A DNA stretch of 59,608 nt from Planctomycetota bacterium (GTDB lineage Bacteria > Planctomycetota > UBA1135 > GCA-002686595). This document shows, in pieces, positions 20,049-30,567 of this stretch (position 1 is its first letter; the number at the start of each line of letters is the position of its first letter). The notes beneath the pieces are model-generated. The model was not told the origin of the DNA, did no database searches, and saw only the letters and a program-made list of their open reading frames with translations. The DNA is taken from positions 1 to 59,608 of the forward strand of contig JBCCGI010000051.1 of assembly GCA_039029355.1 (NCBI GenBank). The letters are read 5' to 3'. The translations under genes were made by a program, and so were the position numbers.

Positions 20049-21925
20049 TCCTCGTCCTCCTCCGCGCAGTCCCACACCAGCGCCGTGCCGTCCATGCTCG
20101 CGCCGGCGAGGCGTCGGCCGTCGGGCGAGTAGGCGAGCGCAAGGACCTCGCGCGCGTAGCCGCCCTCGAACACGCGGGCCTGGCGCGCGGCGGCGGGATC
20201 CCACAGGCGGATCGCCGACTCGTTGGAAGAGGAGCTCGCGAGGCGCTTCCCGTCCGGCGAGAAGGCGAGCGCCTTCACGCGTCCGAGGTGGCCCTGCAGC
20301 CCGCGGTCGGCGCCGGAGGCGAGCTCGATCAGATGGATCGAGCGGTCGGCCCGGCCGAGCGCCAGGGTCGCTCCGTCGGGCGACCAGGCCAAGGCGGTCA
20401 GCGGCGCGCGCCCGCGCGGGATCGTCTGCAGAAGCTCGCCGTTCTGCGCGTCGTAGATCGACACGTCGGCCGCGCCGACCGCCACGCGGTCGCCCGAGGG
20501 CGACCAGGCGAGAACGAACTGCAGGCCCTTCAGCCCGGGGATCGTGTGGCGCGCCTCGCCGGTGAGCGGGTTGACGAGCTGCAGCACGCCGTCGGCGCCG
20601 GCCGAGGCGAGCGTGCCGCCGTCGGGCGACAGCGCGAGCGCCGTGGCCGCGGCCTTGTGGTTCAGCAGCTCGAACAGCTGCACGCCGGCGTCGTCCCAGA
20701 CGCGGACGCGGCCGTCCTGCCCCCCCGCGGCCAGCAGATCGCGACCGTAGGCCACCCCGAAAACGAAGCCGGCGTTCGCGCTCAGCTCGCGCAGCTGCTC
20801 GCCGGTCGCCGCGTCCCAGACGCGCGCGGTGCGGTCGTAGCCGCCGGTCAACACGCGCTCGCCGTCGGGCGACCACGCGATGGACGAGACCGGGCCGCTA
20901 TGGCGCGGGAGCGTATGGAGCGCCTCGAGCTCGGGATAGCTCCAGATCTCGACCTCGGCCGCGCGCGCGGCCGCGAGGTGCTCGCCGTCGGGCGAGAAGG
21001 CCACGCGCCCCACCAGGCCGTCGGTCGCGACGATCCGCGCCTCGCCCTCGTCGGCGAGCGGCACCAGCTGCAGCCGGCCGTCCCGGCACGGGATCGCGGC
21101 GGTCGAGCCGTCGGGTGAGAGCGCGATCGACACGGCCTCGGCCGGCGCCTCGGGCAGGTAGTCGCGGCGCTGCACGCCGCCGTCGGCGCTCCACGTGCGC
21201 AGGCCGCCCTTGTCGTCGGTGGCGACCACCTCGGATCCATCCGGCGTCCAGGCCAGGTCGTGGACGTACAGCGAGGCCGAGCCGATGCGCTGCAGCTCCT
21301 CGCCGGTGGCGGCGGACAGGATCCGGATCTCGCTGCTGATCTCGGTCTCGGTCCCGCCGCGGTTCAGCAGCTTGGAGCGGTTGAGCGAGGCCAGCGCGAG
21401 CCGCTCGCCGCCCGGCGAGTAGGCCGCCGCGCTCGCGTAGAGCTCCCCCATCGGGTGCTCGCGCACGACCTGGCCGGCCTCGAGGTCGACCACGCGGGCC
21501 AGCTCGTCGCGCGCGACGACGCACGCCAGACGGCCGTCGGGCGACAGGTCGAAGCGCGTCCCGACCTCGTCGAGCAGCTTCTTCGCCGCGCCCGCGCCGG
21601 GCGTCCAAACGTGCAGGCTGGAGTCGCCACGCAGCAGCACGACCCGCCCGTCGGGCGCGATGCGGCCGTCGACGAAGGAGCCCTCGGTCTGGGCGTACTC
21701 GTCCGCGAGCTCGCCGGACTCGACGTCCCACGCCCGCACGCTGCCATCCATCGCGCCCGACACCAGCCGCTCGCCGGCGAAGGCCACGAAGTGCACCGGG
21801 TCGCGGTGGCGCAGGTTCCAGGAGCCGAAACGAACGAGCGCGCCCTCCGGCAACGAATCGTCGCCGGAGGGCGCCATGCCGAGGCCCAGGGCCGCGAGCG
21901 TGAGGGTGATCCACGGAGAAACCAT
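20045..21925 (-). CDS. Secreted WD40-repeat beta-propeller protein (about 12 or more blades).
   Basis: Signal peptide MVSPWITLTLAALGLGMAPSG. Many ...VRVWD / IRLWD / ALVWD WD motifs. Confidence 0.8.
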   Translation of the reverse strand: MVSPWITLTLAALGLGMAPSGDDSLPEGALVRFGSWNLRHRDPVHFVAFAGERLVSGAMDGSVRAWDVESGELADEYAQTEGSFVDGRIAPDGRVVLLRGDSSLHVWTPGAGAAKKLLDEVGTRFDLSPDGRLACVVARDELARVVDLEAGQVVREHPMGELYASAAAYSPGGERLALASLNRSKLLNRGGTETEISSEIRILSAATGEELQRIGSASLYVHDLAWTPDGSEVVATDDKGGLRTWSADGGVQRRDYLPEAPAEAVSIALSPDGSTAAIPCRDGRLQLVPLADEGEARIVATDGLVGRVAFSPDGEHLAAARAAEVEIWSYPELEALHTLPRHSGPVSSIAWSPDGERVLTGGYDRTARVWDAATGEQLRELSANAGFVFGVAYGRDLLAAGGQDGRVRVWDDAGVQLFELLNHKAAATALALSPDGGTLASAGADGVLQLVNPLTGEARHTIPGLKGLQFVLAWSPSGDRVAVGAADVSIYDAQNGELLQTIPRGRAPLTALAWSPDGATLALGRADRSIHLIELASGADRGLQGHLGRVKALAFSPDGKRLASSSSNESAIRLWDPAAARQARVFEGGYAREVLALAYSPDGRRLAGASMDGTALVWDCAEEDED

Positions 21926-21946
21926 GGCACCCAGGCTAGTGTCGAA

Positions 21947-23353
21947 CTACTGGCCCGTGAAGGCCCGCTGCATCACCAGGAAGTCGACCATGTCGAAGTC
22001 GGCGTCCTGATCGACGTCGGCGACCGCCCCGTGGTCGTCGGGGAGGATCGGCGTCGTCGGCGTCGGGCCGGTGAAGTCGCTGGACAGGAAGAACCAGTCG
22101 AACACGTCGACCGTGTTGTTGTTGTCCTCGTCGAACTCCGCCCGGCCGAGCGAGGCCAGGAAGTCGTGGAGCTGCCCCTTCTCGGTCGGGGTCAGCGCGT
22201 TGTACGCCGTCCGCGAGAAGGCCGCCTCGCCGCCGTGGTCCTGGACCGCCGCGTCGATGTTGTCCGCGAAGGTCCCACCGGTGGCGCGGCCGTCGTGGAG
22301 GAAGCCGCCGCGCTGGCCGAGGCCCCAGAGGGCGCGGGTCAGCATTTCCTGCTCGGTCGCCATGCCCTCGACGATGCCGTCGCCGCAGCCGTCGCCGCCG
22401 GAGAGCGCGTCCAGCCCCATGTCGTGGAGCAGGAAGTCGCTGTAGGGCCGGATGACGTGGCCGTTCAGGACCCCCTCGGAGTGCCCGGCCGTCGTGAAGC
22501 TCTCGACGTGGCAGGCGTTGCAGCCGACCGCGTTGAAGAGGCTCTCGCCCAGCATGCCCGACTTGGGCGTCTGCGGCGGCGGCGCCAGGAACAGCTGGAA
22601 GTCGGTCTGCCGGTTGATCCGGTCGAGGGTCGGGTCCTCGGGATCGGCGACGGTGTCGCAGTTGCTCGGCGGCCCGAGCAACGAGGCGTCGCCGTTCGGC
22701 GCGTTCTCGTTCGGGAAGAAGGGCGAGGTCAGGCCCATCTCGTTCAGCGACGCGTCGGCCGAGAAGGTGAAGAGCGTCGCGACGCCTCCCTTCCAGCCCA
22801 TGCGTCCCGGACGCATGGGGCCGCCCTCGATGGGCGCCACCATGTGGGCGAAGCCGCTGACCGAGCCGTGCGGCGGGGTGTTCTCGAGGTCGATGATGTC
22901 CTGGTCGACGATCGCCTCCAGGAGACCCGAGCCGAAGATGTGCGGCGTGGTACGCGACACGACGACGTCCGCCTCCGCCGGGACGATCTCGATGCAGGGG
23001 CCGCCGATGCCGTCCTCCTGGAGCAGCGAGCCGCCCTGGCTGTCGAGCGGATCAAACGGCGAGCCGCCCACGGCGGCCTTGCCGAAGCGGGTCACGAAGG
23101 TCGTGCTGAAGCCGCCGATGTCCGGCGACGAGTGGCACTGGCTGCAGCTCGAGTCGTTGAAGATCGGGCCGAGGCCGTCGGCGATGGTGAGCACCGTGTC
23201 GAACTCGGTGCGCCCGTTCAGGAAGGCCGTGGTCTGCGCGGGCGACAGGCCGCGCAGGGGCTCTCCCATCCGCAGCTGGAAGTCGATCTGCTGGGCGAAG
23301 GCCGCTCCCCCGAAGGCGAAGCCGGCGGCGATGAGGATCGCTTGACGTTGCAT
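21947..23353 (-). CDS. Di-haem c-type cytochrome enzyme of the DUF1111 / putative thiol oxidoreductase-peroxidase family, with a C-terminal EF-hand/dockerin-like tail.
   Basis: Signal peptide. Two CxxCH haem-binding motifs (CSQCH, CNACH). C-terminal DVDQDADFDMVDF acidic Ca-binding-like loop. Confidence 0.7.
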   Translation of the reverse strand: MQRQAILIAAGFAFGGAAFAQQIDFQLRMGEPLRGLSPAQTTAFLNGRTEFDTVLTIADGLGPIFNDSSCSQCHSSPDIGGFSTTFVTRFGKAAVGGSPFDPLDSQGGSLLQEDGIGGPCIEIVPAEADVVVSRTTPHIFGSGLLEAIVDQDIIDLENTPPHGSVSGFAHMVAPIEGGPMRPGRMGWKGGVATLFTFSADASLNEMGLTSPFFPNENAPNGDASLLGPPSNCDTVADPEDPTLDRINRQTDFQLFLAPPPQTPKSGMLGESLFNAVGCNACHVESFTTAGHSEGVLNGHVIRPYSDFLLHDMGLDALSGGDGCGDGIVEGMATEQEMLTRALWGLGQRGGFLHDGRATGGTFADNIDAAVQDHGGEAAFSRTAYNALTPTEKGQLHDFLASLGRAEFDEDNNNTVDVFDWFFLSSDFTGPTPTTPILPDDHGAVADVDQDADFDMVDFLVMQRAFTGQ

Positions 23354-23364
23354 GGCTTAGCTCC

Positions 23365-24348
23365 TTACGGAAGGAAGGTGAGGGAGACCGCGTTCGACGC
23401 GAAGTCGAGCGCCGGGCCGAGGAGGTACGCGTGGTGCACCGTCTGACCGACGAGCACCGGGTTCGTGCCGGGCGGGATCGAGAAGGCCGCCGCGGCCTGC
23501 TGACCCGAGCCGTCGAGCACGCCGAGCGAGTTGACGAGCGGCAGCGTGTTCGGGTTGTTGACCGTGAAGTTGAAGTACGGGTCGACCACGAAGAGCGGGA
23601 GGCACACCGAGCCGATCGGCAGCGCCGGGCTCGTGCCCGACAGCGAGCCGAAGACCCAGTAGTTGCGGCCGGCGTTGGCGGCGCCCGCGTCGAGCAGCCA
23701 GCTCTGCGTACCGCCGGAGCCGACCGAGACGGTCGGCACGTCGGCGCTGAAGACCTCGAGCACGGTCACCGTGAGGTCGTCGATGGTCCCGGCCGGGGCC
23801 TCGTCGACGGCCCAGAACGACGGGCTCGGTTCCCCCTGGCGGATCTGGTTCGCCAGCAGGTTGGTCAAGGACAGCGTGTAGGTGCCCGGCACCAGCGGCG
23901 CCTTGAAGCTGCCGGTGGCGAGTACCTCGGGCGAGCCGAGCCACGCGACGCCGGGAGCGACGGCGCCGCTGAGCTCCGCCGTGAAGCCGTTGTTGAAGGT
24001 GTTTTGGGCCCCGCCGACCTGGATCAGGTTGCCCCCGACCACGGTGCCTCCGAACCCGGCGGGGTTCGACAGCCCCATCGGGTCGGTGAAGTGGAGCATG
24101 TTGCCCGCGATGGGCGCGTCCGCCTGGGTGAGCGGACCGCCGTCGAACGACAGGTCGAACAAGACCGCGCCGAGGCCTTCGTTGAGAAGGTCGGTCAGCT
24201 CGCCGACGACCTGGTAGTTGACGGTGGCGCCTGGGTTGACGGAGATCGAGTTACTGCCGCCGCTCTCCACGCTCACGTTAAGATCGCCGGCCGCGAGGAC
24301 CGGTGCCGTGAACACGAGAGCGAGTGCGGTCTGAGGGATCGATCGCAT
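23365..24348 (-). CDS. Secreted hypothetical protein (327 aa), first gene of the DUF1111/WD40 operon.
   Basis: ATG at 24348. Signal peptide MRSIPQTALALVFTAPVLAAG. Gly/Thr/Val-rich beta-type sequence. No recognizable catalytic motif. Confidence 0.55.
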   Translation of the reverse strand: MRSIPQTALALVFTAPVLAAGDLNVSVESGGSNSISVNPGATVNYQVVGELTDLLNEGLGAVLFDLSFDGGPLTQADAPIAGNMLHFTDPMGLSNPAGFGGTVVGGNLIQVGGAQNTFNNGFTAELSGAVAPGVAWLGSPEVLATGSFKAPLVPGTYTLSLTNLLANQIRQGEPSPSFWAVDEAPAGTIDDLTVTVLEVFSADVPTVSVGSGGTQSWLLDAGAANAGRNYWVFGSLSGTSPALPIGSVCLPLFVVDPYFNFTVNNPNTLPLVNSLGVLDGSGQQAAAAFSIPPGTNPVLVGQTVHHAYLLGPALDFASNAVSLTFLP

Positions 24349-24512
24349 GATTCTCGCCGTTGGAAAGGATTGTGGGGATTCGGCACGACGAGGGGCCGTT
24401 CGGAGGCCTCGTCGCGCGCCGTTGCAGACTAACAGTCTATCAAGCTCCGCGCGGACGGGAGCCCCAGCCCGCATCCCCACGCGAAAAGTCTTCCGTCCCG
24501 CCGGAGCTCGGA

Positions 24513-26021
24513 CTACTCGGGCAGCGCGTTGTCCAAGAAAGTCGTGACCTCCGCGCGGAACTGCGCCAGCGAGGGCAGGTGGATGTACATCATGTGTCCG
24601 GACTCGTAGTGCCCCATCGTGACGTTCGCGCGCAGCGACGGATCGAGCCCGAGGTGGTCGAACGTGTAGTGGGTCGCGAAGTACGGCGTAGCCAGGTCGT
24701 AGTAGCCGTTGGCGACGTAGACCTTGAGGCTCGGGTTGCGCGTCATCGCCTGGCGCAGGTCCTCGGCCACATTCACGTAACGGTTCTCCGCCTCCGCGAA
24801 GCTCCATGGGTGTACGCGTCCCGTCAGGATCTCGTAGGGAAGATCGCTCTCGAAGCCCAGCTCCGCCCGCAGGTAGTGGTTCAGCGTTGCCGTGTAGGGG
24901 CCCTGGATCGCCGCGTAGCTGGGGTCGAACTCGTAGCCCTCACCGACCGCGTCGTAGTCCGTCCCCTGGAAGCGGCTGTCCAGGCGGCCGACGGTTCGGT
25001 CCTCGTCGCGCATCAGCTCCTTGCAGAAGCGGTGGATGTTGAGCCGGAGGTTGGAGCCGAGCACGTATTCCTTGGACAAACCGGTGTAGCGCGCCAGGCG
25101 CTCCGCGATGGCGTCGCGCTCGGCGGCGGGGAGCTTGTCCCCGCGCATCAGCGCCAGCGTGTAGTCCCCTAGCGCGAAGCGCTCGACCTCGGCCAGCGTG
25201 TCGGTGAGGCTCTCCTGCAGCTCCGGCGCGAGCCGGCCGTGGTACCAGGCGGTCGCGGTGTAGGTCGGGAGGAACAGCGCGAACGGCAGGTCGTTGCCGC
25301 GGTCGAAGCGCGCGGTCTGGAAGTTGAGGATCGCCGACACCAGGACGATTCCATTCAAGTAGAGCCCGTGCCGGCCGTGCAGCAGCGACGCCAGGCGCGC
25401 CGAGCGGGTCGTCCCGTAGCTCTCGCCGGACAGGAACTTGGGCGACTCCCAGCGCTCGTTGCGCGTCGTGTAGAGGCGGATGAACTCCGCCACCCATTCG
25501 GCGTCCTCGCGCAGCCCATGGAACTGGCTCGGAGCCTCCCCCTCGGCCGGACGGCTGTAGCCGGTCGTCACCGGGTCGATGAAGACCAGGTCGATCACGT
25601 CCAGCAGGCTCTGGTCGTTGTCGACCAGCTCGTAGGGCGGCGGCGGAGCGAAGCCGTCGTCGGTCATCCGTACGCGCCGCGGGCCGTAGACGCCCATGTG
25701 CAGCCACACCGAGGAAGAGCCGGGTCCGCCGTTGAAGCAGAACATCAGCGGCCGCTTCGAGCGGTCCTCGACGTCGGAGCGCACGTACGCGACGAAGAAC
25801 AGCTCGGCCTTGGGGTCGCCCGTTTCGGTGCGCATGACCAGCGTGCCGGCGGTGGCCTCGTACGGCACCTCGGCCCCGGCGATCTCGATCTTGTGCTCGG
25901 TCACCGAAAGCCGGTCCTCGAGCGCCCCTTCGACGCCCGCATCGGGCGCTTCCGCAGGGGCCTGGGGGGCCGCGAGGGGGGCGAGCAGGGCGAGGGACAG
26001 CGCGGCGAAGGAAGTGGACAT
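24513..26021 (-). CDS. Secreted S10 family serine carboxypeptidase.
   Basis: ATG at 26021 (MSTSFAALSLALLAPLAAPQAPA). NGGPGSSS and GESYG catalytic-Ser motif. C-terminal HMMYIHLPS (His). Confidence 0.75.
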   Translation of the reverse strand: MSTSFAALSLALLAPLAAPQAPAEAPDAGVEGALEDRLSVTEHKIEIAGAEVPYEATAGTLVMRTETGDPKAELFFVAYVRSDVEDRSKRPLMFCFNGGPGSSSVWLHMGVYGPRRVRMTDDGFAPPPPYELVDNDQSLLDVIDLVFIDPVTTGYSRPAEGEAPSQFHGLREDAEWVAEFIRLYTTRNERWESPKFLSGESYGTTRSARLASLLHGRHGLYLNGIVLVSAILNFQTARFDRGNDLPFALFLPTYTATAWYHGRLAPELQESLTDTLAEVERFALGDYTLALMRGDKLPAAERDAIAERLARYTGLSKEYVLGSNLRLNIHRFCKELMRDEDRTVGRLDSRFQGTDYDAVGEGYEFDPSYAAIQGPYTATLNHYLRAELGFESDLPYEILTGRVHPWSFAEAENRYVNVAEDLRQAMTRNPSLKVYVANGYYDLATPYFATHYTFDHLGLDPSLRANVTMGHYESGHMMYIHLPSLAQFRAEVTTFLDNALPE

Positions 26022-26169
26022 GCGCGCATGGTAGCCGCTGGCGCCGCGCCCCACAGGCGGCCCGGCGGAGGTCGGGCTCAAGGAATCCTCCCGCGACGCC
26101 GATCGAGGCCAACTCGCCCCCTTTTTCATCCCCTCGGCCCGCCCGCCCGGGCCAGCCCCTGAGGACTCC

Positions 26170-27054
26170 ATGAACGCTCGAATCCTTGCGTGGATCGGCA
26201 CCCTAGTCATCTTGGCCGGTGCCGGCGTTGTCGTGTTCCGCGGTGAGGAACAGCCGGCCCAACGACGCCCGTTCCCGCGCCCCACGCAGAAGCGCGCCGT
26301 GCACGGCGCCTCGGAAAGCCCGGCCGTCGTGAAGCCGGTCGGCCTGATGATCAACGCGCCGGTGCACACCGGCGAGGATCCGGCACTCGAGGACAACTTC
26401 GGCGTCGAGCTGGCCTTCTTCGGCACGTTCGAGCGCACCCGGATGGCGCTGGAGCTCTTCTACCCCAAGGGCGGCATCATCGACCTGGACAACGAGGCCA
26501 GCACGCTCTCGCTGTTCGAGGACGACCGCGCGACCGACCTTCGCAAGGAGGACGAGCACTTCGGTCCGTTTGAGATGATGCCGCGCATGTCGGAGGACGG
26601 CCGCTACCTCGCCTTCGTCGTGCCGTCGGACAAGCTGCCCGACAAGAACGCTTCGAAGCTCTACGCCAAGGGCGTGGTCGCGGTCCGCGTCGCCACGCGC
26701 GCGGCGGAGTTCGACGCCGAGGGCGTGCTGTTCGACGAGGGCACCGAGCTGTCGCTCGGCGACTTCGACTTCGAGATCACCGAGGCCGGCCCGTCCTCGT
26801 GGGGCGACGGCCACTCGATCACGCTGCAGACCGACCGCGACACCGTCCGCATCGTCCGCTACGCGTTCGTCGACGCCGACGGGAACGAGCACGAGCTCTC
26901 GCCCTCGATGAGCATGAGCGGCATGGGCACGTGGCAGCAAACGCTGGAGTCGGACGAGGAGCTCGGCCGCGGAACGCTGCGCATCGAGTGCTGGCAGGAC
27001 ATGCACACGGTCGAGGTCCCCTTCGAGGCCGAGGCGGGGCTGGGCCTGCGCTAG
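26170..27054 (+). CDS. Membrane-anchored hypothetical protein.
   Basis: N-terminal TM/signal anchor ILAWIGTLVILAGAGVVVF. No recognizable domain. Confidence 0.45.
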   Translation: MNARILAWIGTLVILAGAGVVVFRGEEQPAQRRPFPRPTQKRAVHGASESPAVVKPVGLMINAPVHTGEDPALEDNFGVELAFFGTFERTRMALELFYPKGGIIDLDNEASTLSLFEDDRATDLRKEDEHFGPFEMMPRMSEDGRYLAFVVPSDKLPDKNASKLYAKGVVAVRVATRAAEFDAEGVLFDEGTELSLGDFDFEITEAGPSSWGDGHSITLQTDRDTVRIVRYAFVDADGNEHELSPSMSMSGMGTWQQTLESDEELGRGTLRIECWQDMHTVEVPFEAEAGLGLR

Positions 27055-27110
27055 CGGACACTCCGGGGTAGGATCGACCTTCGAGGCGGCCCGCCCACGG
27101 CCGCCGCGGG

Positions 27111-29732
27111 ATGCGGTCGACCCAACCAAGCCTGCCACGTCTGGGCGCCGCCCTCCTCGCGGCGGCGCCGCTGCTCGCCGCCGGCGCCTGCGGGTCGGCG
27201 GCGCGCGACGAGCCACTCGCCGGAGCGCCCGAGCTCGACGCTCGCGTGCAGGCACAGCTCGTCGCCGACGGCTTCCGCCGCGGCGGAGCCGGTGTCGTCG
27301 AGGCGAGCGACCGCGCGCCCGAGCTGTGCGCGCTGCAGCTCGAGCTCCTCGCCGTCGAGGACCCGCGCACGCGCCGCGCCCTGTCGCCGCCGCCGGCCGC
27401 GGCCGCGCTCGACGCGGGCTCGCTGCTCCCGCAACTCCAAGCCGCGCGCCGACACGACCGCGACGGTCGCGTAGACGAGGCGGCGACGGCTTACGCCGAA
27501 CTCTCCGAGGCCTGCGCCGCAAGCGACCTGGAGCGCCTCGGCGCCTGGTTCGGGGCACGCGCCGCCGACCGGCTCGCGACGCTGCACCGCCCGCACGACA
27601 TGCTCGCCGCCGCCGAGGCCCTCGTCGCGCGCGCCGGAGACGCGCCATTGGCGCGGGCCTTCGCGCTCTCCAGACGCGGCGTGGCGCGCCACTCCCTACG
27701 GCTGCCCGGCGCGCACGAGGACCTGCGCGCGGCGCTCGCGCTGGCGCGCCGCTGGCCGGACTCCGAGCTCCGCGTGTACACCGCCGAACACCTGGGCTGG
27801 GCGGAGTTCTGTGCCTACGAGCACGCGCAGGCGGAGCGCTTCTTCGAGGAGGCCGAAGACGCCGCCCGGCGCCGCGACGACTGGGCGCGGGTCGCGCGCA
27901 TGCTCGGGTGCCGCGCCGCGAACCGCACGAGCCTCGGCGACTACGCCGCCGCGGACCGCTTGGCCGAGCGTGCCGTCGAGCTCGCCGCGCGCCACGGCTC
28001 GGCCGAACAGGTGGCCTTCCTCCAGCTCAACCGGGTGCACTCGCTCGAGTCGCGCGGTGCGCTCGGAGCGGCGCGCGACGCGCTGGCGGCAGCCGAGGCC
28101 GCCGCGGGCGCAAAGCTCACGAGCGACGCCAACCTGCGCGTGCGCTGGCTGTCGGCGCGGGCCCACGTGGAACGGGACTCGACGGGTCGCCTCCCCGAGG
28201 CACTGGCGGCGGAGGCATCCGCGGCGTTCGACGAGCTAGGGCCGATCCTCGGCAAGCGCCTCTCGCCGCTGCTGCTCGAGCACGAGCTCGCCCTCGGGCG
28301 CCACGACGAAGCGCTTGCGCGGACGAGCCCGGCGCTGGAGCCCAGCGGCGACGGCGCGCCCGGCCTCGCGCACCAGCGCCTCGTCGCGGCACGCGCCCTG
28401 ACGCTGCTCGGCCGTCCGCACGCGGCGCTCGACGCGTTCCTCGGAGCCCTGCGCCTGACCGACTCGCAGCGCGCTCCGCTGGCCGACGTCGACGCCTGGC
28501 TGCGCTTCAAGCAGTCCTCCAAGGCGTGGAACGTCGCGACCCACGCGCTGGCGCCGCTCGCCGAGCTGTACGAGCGCGAGCCGTCCGCCGAGCTCGCGCT
28601 GCAGGCCCTCGCGCTGATCGAGCACGAGCGCGCGCGGACGCTGCGCGAGGTATCGCTGGGCGCGGAGGGGCACGGCGGTATCGACCCGGCCGCCCTCGGC
28701 GAGCGCGCGCGCACCGCCCTGCGGCCGGACGAGGTCTTCGTCGCCCTGAACGTCGAGGCGGCCATCGCCGTCGCGCTGCGCGGCGGCGAGGCGCGTCTGT
28801 GGCGGCTCCCGCCGCGCGCGGAGCTCGAGCGCGACTTCGACTTCGCCGCCGCGCACTTCGCCGGGGCTCCGCTCGAGGACGCGCGGCGCTTCGCCGAGCA
28901 CGGCGCGCGCCTCTACTCCGCGCTGCTGGGGCCGCTCGAGGACGGCTGGCTCGCGGACGCGCGGCGCCTGGTGGTGGTCGACGACGGGCCGCTGTGCGCC
29001 TTCCCGCTGGACCTGCTGCCGCGCCGCGCCGCGCCGGCCGCTGGCTTCGGAGCCCTGCCGCTCGTCTTCCGCTCGCTCGAGGTGGAGCACGTGCCCTGCC
29101 TCGAGGCGCTGCTGCGACGCGGAGCGGCGCCGCCCGTCGACCGCCCGCGCCGGGTGCTCGCGCTCTCCTTCGAGTCCCAGGCGCTGCCGGCGCTGCCGCA
29201 CGCCGGCGCGGAGCTCAGCGCGGTCCGCGGCGCGTTCGCGGCCCCGCACGCGGCGACGGTGCGGAGCGGCGGCGAGAGCGCCGCCTGGATCGGGCGCGAG
29301 CTCCCGGACTACGACGCGCTGCACCTGATCGGCCACCTGCGCCCCGACCGGACGGCGGGCGAGCGGTCGGGCATGCGGCTCGCTCACGCGGCCTGGACCG
29401 CCGCCGACGTGCTGGCGCTGAACGCGCCGCTCGAGCTCGTGGTGGTGTCCGCCTGCGCCGGCGGCGGCGGCGAGGCGGTCGACGCCGAGGGCGTCGTCGG
29501 CTTCGGCTGGGGCTGGCTCGGCGCGGGCTCGCGACACCTGCTCGCCTCGCCGCTCCCGGTGGAGGACGGTGCGGCGTCGAAGCTGTTCGGCCCGTTCTAC
29601 CGCGCCTGGCTGTCGGGCCAGGACCCGCCCGCTGCGCTCCGCAGCGCGCGGCTCGGGCTAGCCGCGGACGGCTCGCACGAGGGAGAGCGCGCGATGCTGC
29701 AGCCCTTCATCGCGGTGCGCGGTCTGCGCTGA
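27111..29732 (+). CDS. CHAT-domain (caspase-like) protein with an N-terminal lipoprotein signal and a TPR-like helical-repeat region.
   Basis: LLAAGACGS lipobox. Long Ala/Leu/Arg-rich helical repeats. C-terminal CHAT core with His...Cys dyad (HLIGHLRPD ... ELVVVSACAGGGG). Confidence 0.75.
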   Translation: MRSTQPSLPRLGAALLAAAPLLAAGACGSAARDEPLAGAPELDARVQAQLVADGFRRGGAGVVEASDRAPELCALQLELLAVEDPRTRRALSPPPAAAALDAGSLLPQLQAARRHDRDGRVDEAATAYAELSEACAASDLERLGAWFGARAADRLATLHRPHDMLAAAEALVARAGDAPLARAFALSRRGVARHSLRLPGAHEDLRAALALARRWPDSELRVYTAEHLGWAEFCAYEHAQAERFFEEAEDAARRRDDWARVARMLGCRAANRTSLGDYAAADRLAERAVELAARHGSAEQVAFLQLNRVHSLESRGALGAARDALAAAEAAAGAKLTSDANLRVRWLSARAHVERDSTGRLPEALAAEASAAFDELGPILGKRLSPLLLEHELALGRHDEALARTSPALEPSGDGAPGLAHQRLVAARALTLLGRPHAALDAFLGALRLTDSQRAPLADVDAWLRFKQSSKAWNVATHALAPLAELYEREPSAELALQALALIEHERARTLREVSLGAEGHGGIDPAALGERARTALRPDEVFVALNVEAAIAVALRGGEARLWRLPPRAELERDFDFAAAHFAGAPLEDARRFAEHGARLYSALLGPLEDGWLADARRLVVVDDGPLCAFPLDLLPRRAAPAAGFGALPLVFRSLEVEHVPCLEALLRRGAAPPVDRPRRVLALSFESQALPALPHAGAELSAVRGAFAAPHAATVRSGGESAAWIGRELPDYDALHLIGHLRPDRTAGERSGMRLAHAAWTAADVLALNAPLELVVVSACAGGGGEAVDAEGVVGFGWGWLGAGSRHLLASPLPVEDGAASKLFGPFYRAWLSGQDPPAALRSARLGLAADGSHEGERAMLQPFIAVRGLR

Positions 29733-30567
29733 GCACCGCCGGCGCGCCGCGCACGTCGAGAAAGCGCTCGAGCGCGCGCACCGCGCCGGGCGGGAGCTCC
29801 GCGGCCAGGCGCTCGAGCGCGCTGGCCGCATCCCCCACCGCGCCTGCGCCGAGCAGCACGCGCGCCCGCGCGAAGAGCTCGCCCTCGCGCCCGAGGTCGC
29901 CCGGGAGCGCGTCGAGCTCGCGCTGCACCGCCGCGCGCTCCTCGGCGGTCGCGACGCGGAAGACCGCCGACGCGGTCCCGCCATCCGCGAGGTCGCGCAG
30001 GACGACCCGGTAGCCCGCCTCGGAGGCGCCGTCGAGCCCGTCCGGCCACGGAGCGGGCGACGCCTCCGCGCGCCAGGTCGTCCGCCGCCCATCCGGCGCT
30101 TCGGCGCTCAGCTCGAAGGGGCCGACCCCGCCGCGCCAGCGCACCTCGTCCGGAGCCGCGAGCGCGAGGCCGAACGGCGCGAGCAGCGCGAGCTCGGGCG
30201 CGGCTCCGCGCCGCAGGATGCCGCCGCCGGGGCGCCAGTTGCCCGGGCCGAGGAGCCGGTCCGCCTCGGCCGCGTCCCCGCGCGCGAGGGCGCTCCCCAC
30301 GGGCCCGGGCGACCCAGGCGCAACGCGTCGGTCGCCGGCCGCGAGCAACGCGGCGGCGCCGAGCAAGAGCACGAGCGCGGCGGCGGCGATCGCGAGCCCC
30401 CAGCGCCGTACCCCGGCCGGGCGCAGCAGCGCCGCGAGGTCCGGACGCTGCGCGAGAGCGCGCGCGGCGCGCCGACGCTCCGCGGCCGTCGCGGTTCCGT
30501 CGCGCGCGGCGAGGAGCAGCTCCGAGGGCACCTCGCGTTCGTCGGGGAACGGATCGGGGCGCGTCAT
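29707..30567 (-). CDS. Anti-sigma factor (single TM, C-terminal periplasmic domain) partnered with the ECF sigma factor.
   Basis: ATG at 30567 overlaps the sigma-gene stop as ATGA and is preceded by GGAGG. TM WGLAIAAAALVLLLGAAALLAA. N-terminal cytoplasmic ~55 aa. Confidence 0.6.
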   Translation of the reverse strand: MTRPDPFPDEREVPSELLLAARDGTATAAERRRAARALAQRPDLAALLRPAGVRRWGLAIAAAALVLLLGAAALLAAGDRRVAPGSPGPVGSALARGDAAEADRLLGPGNWRPGGGILRRGAAPELALLAPFGLALAAPDEVRWRGGVGPFELSAEAPDGRRTTWRAEASPAPWPDGLDGASEAGYRVVLRDLADGGTASAVFRVATAEERAAVQRELDALPGDLGREGELFARARVLLGAGAVGDAASALERLAAELPPGAVRALERFLDVRGAPAVLSADRAPR

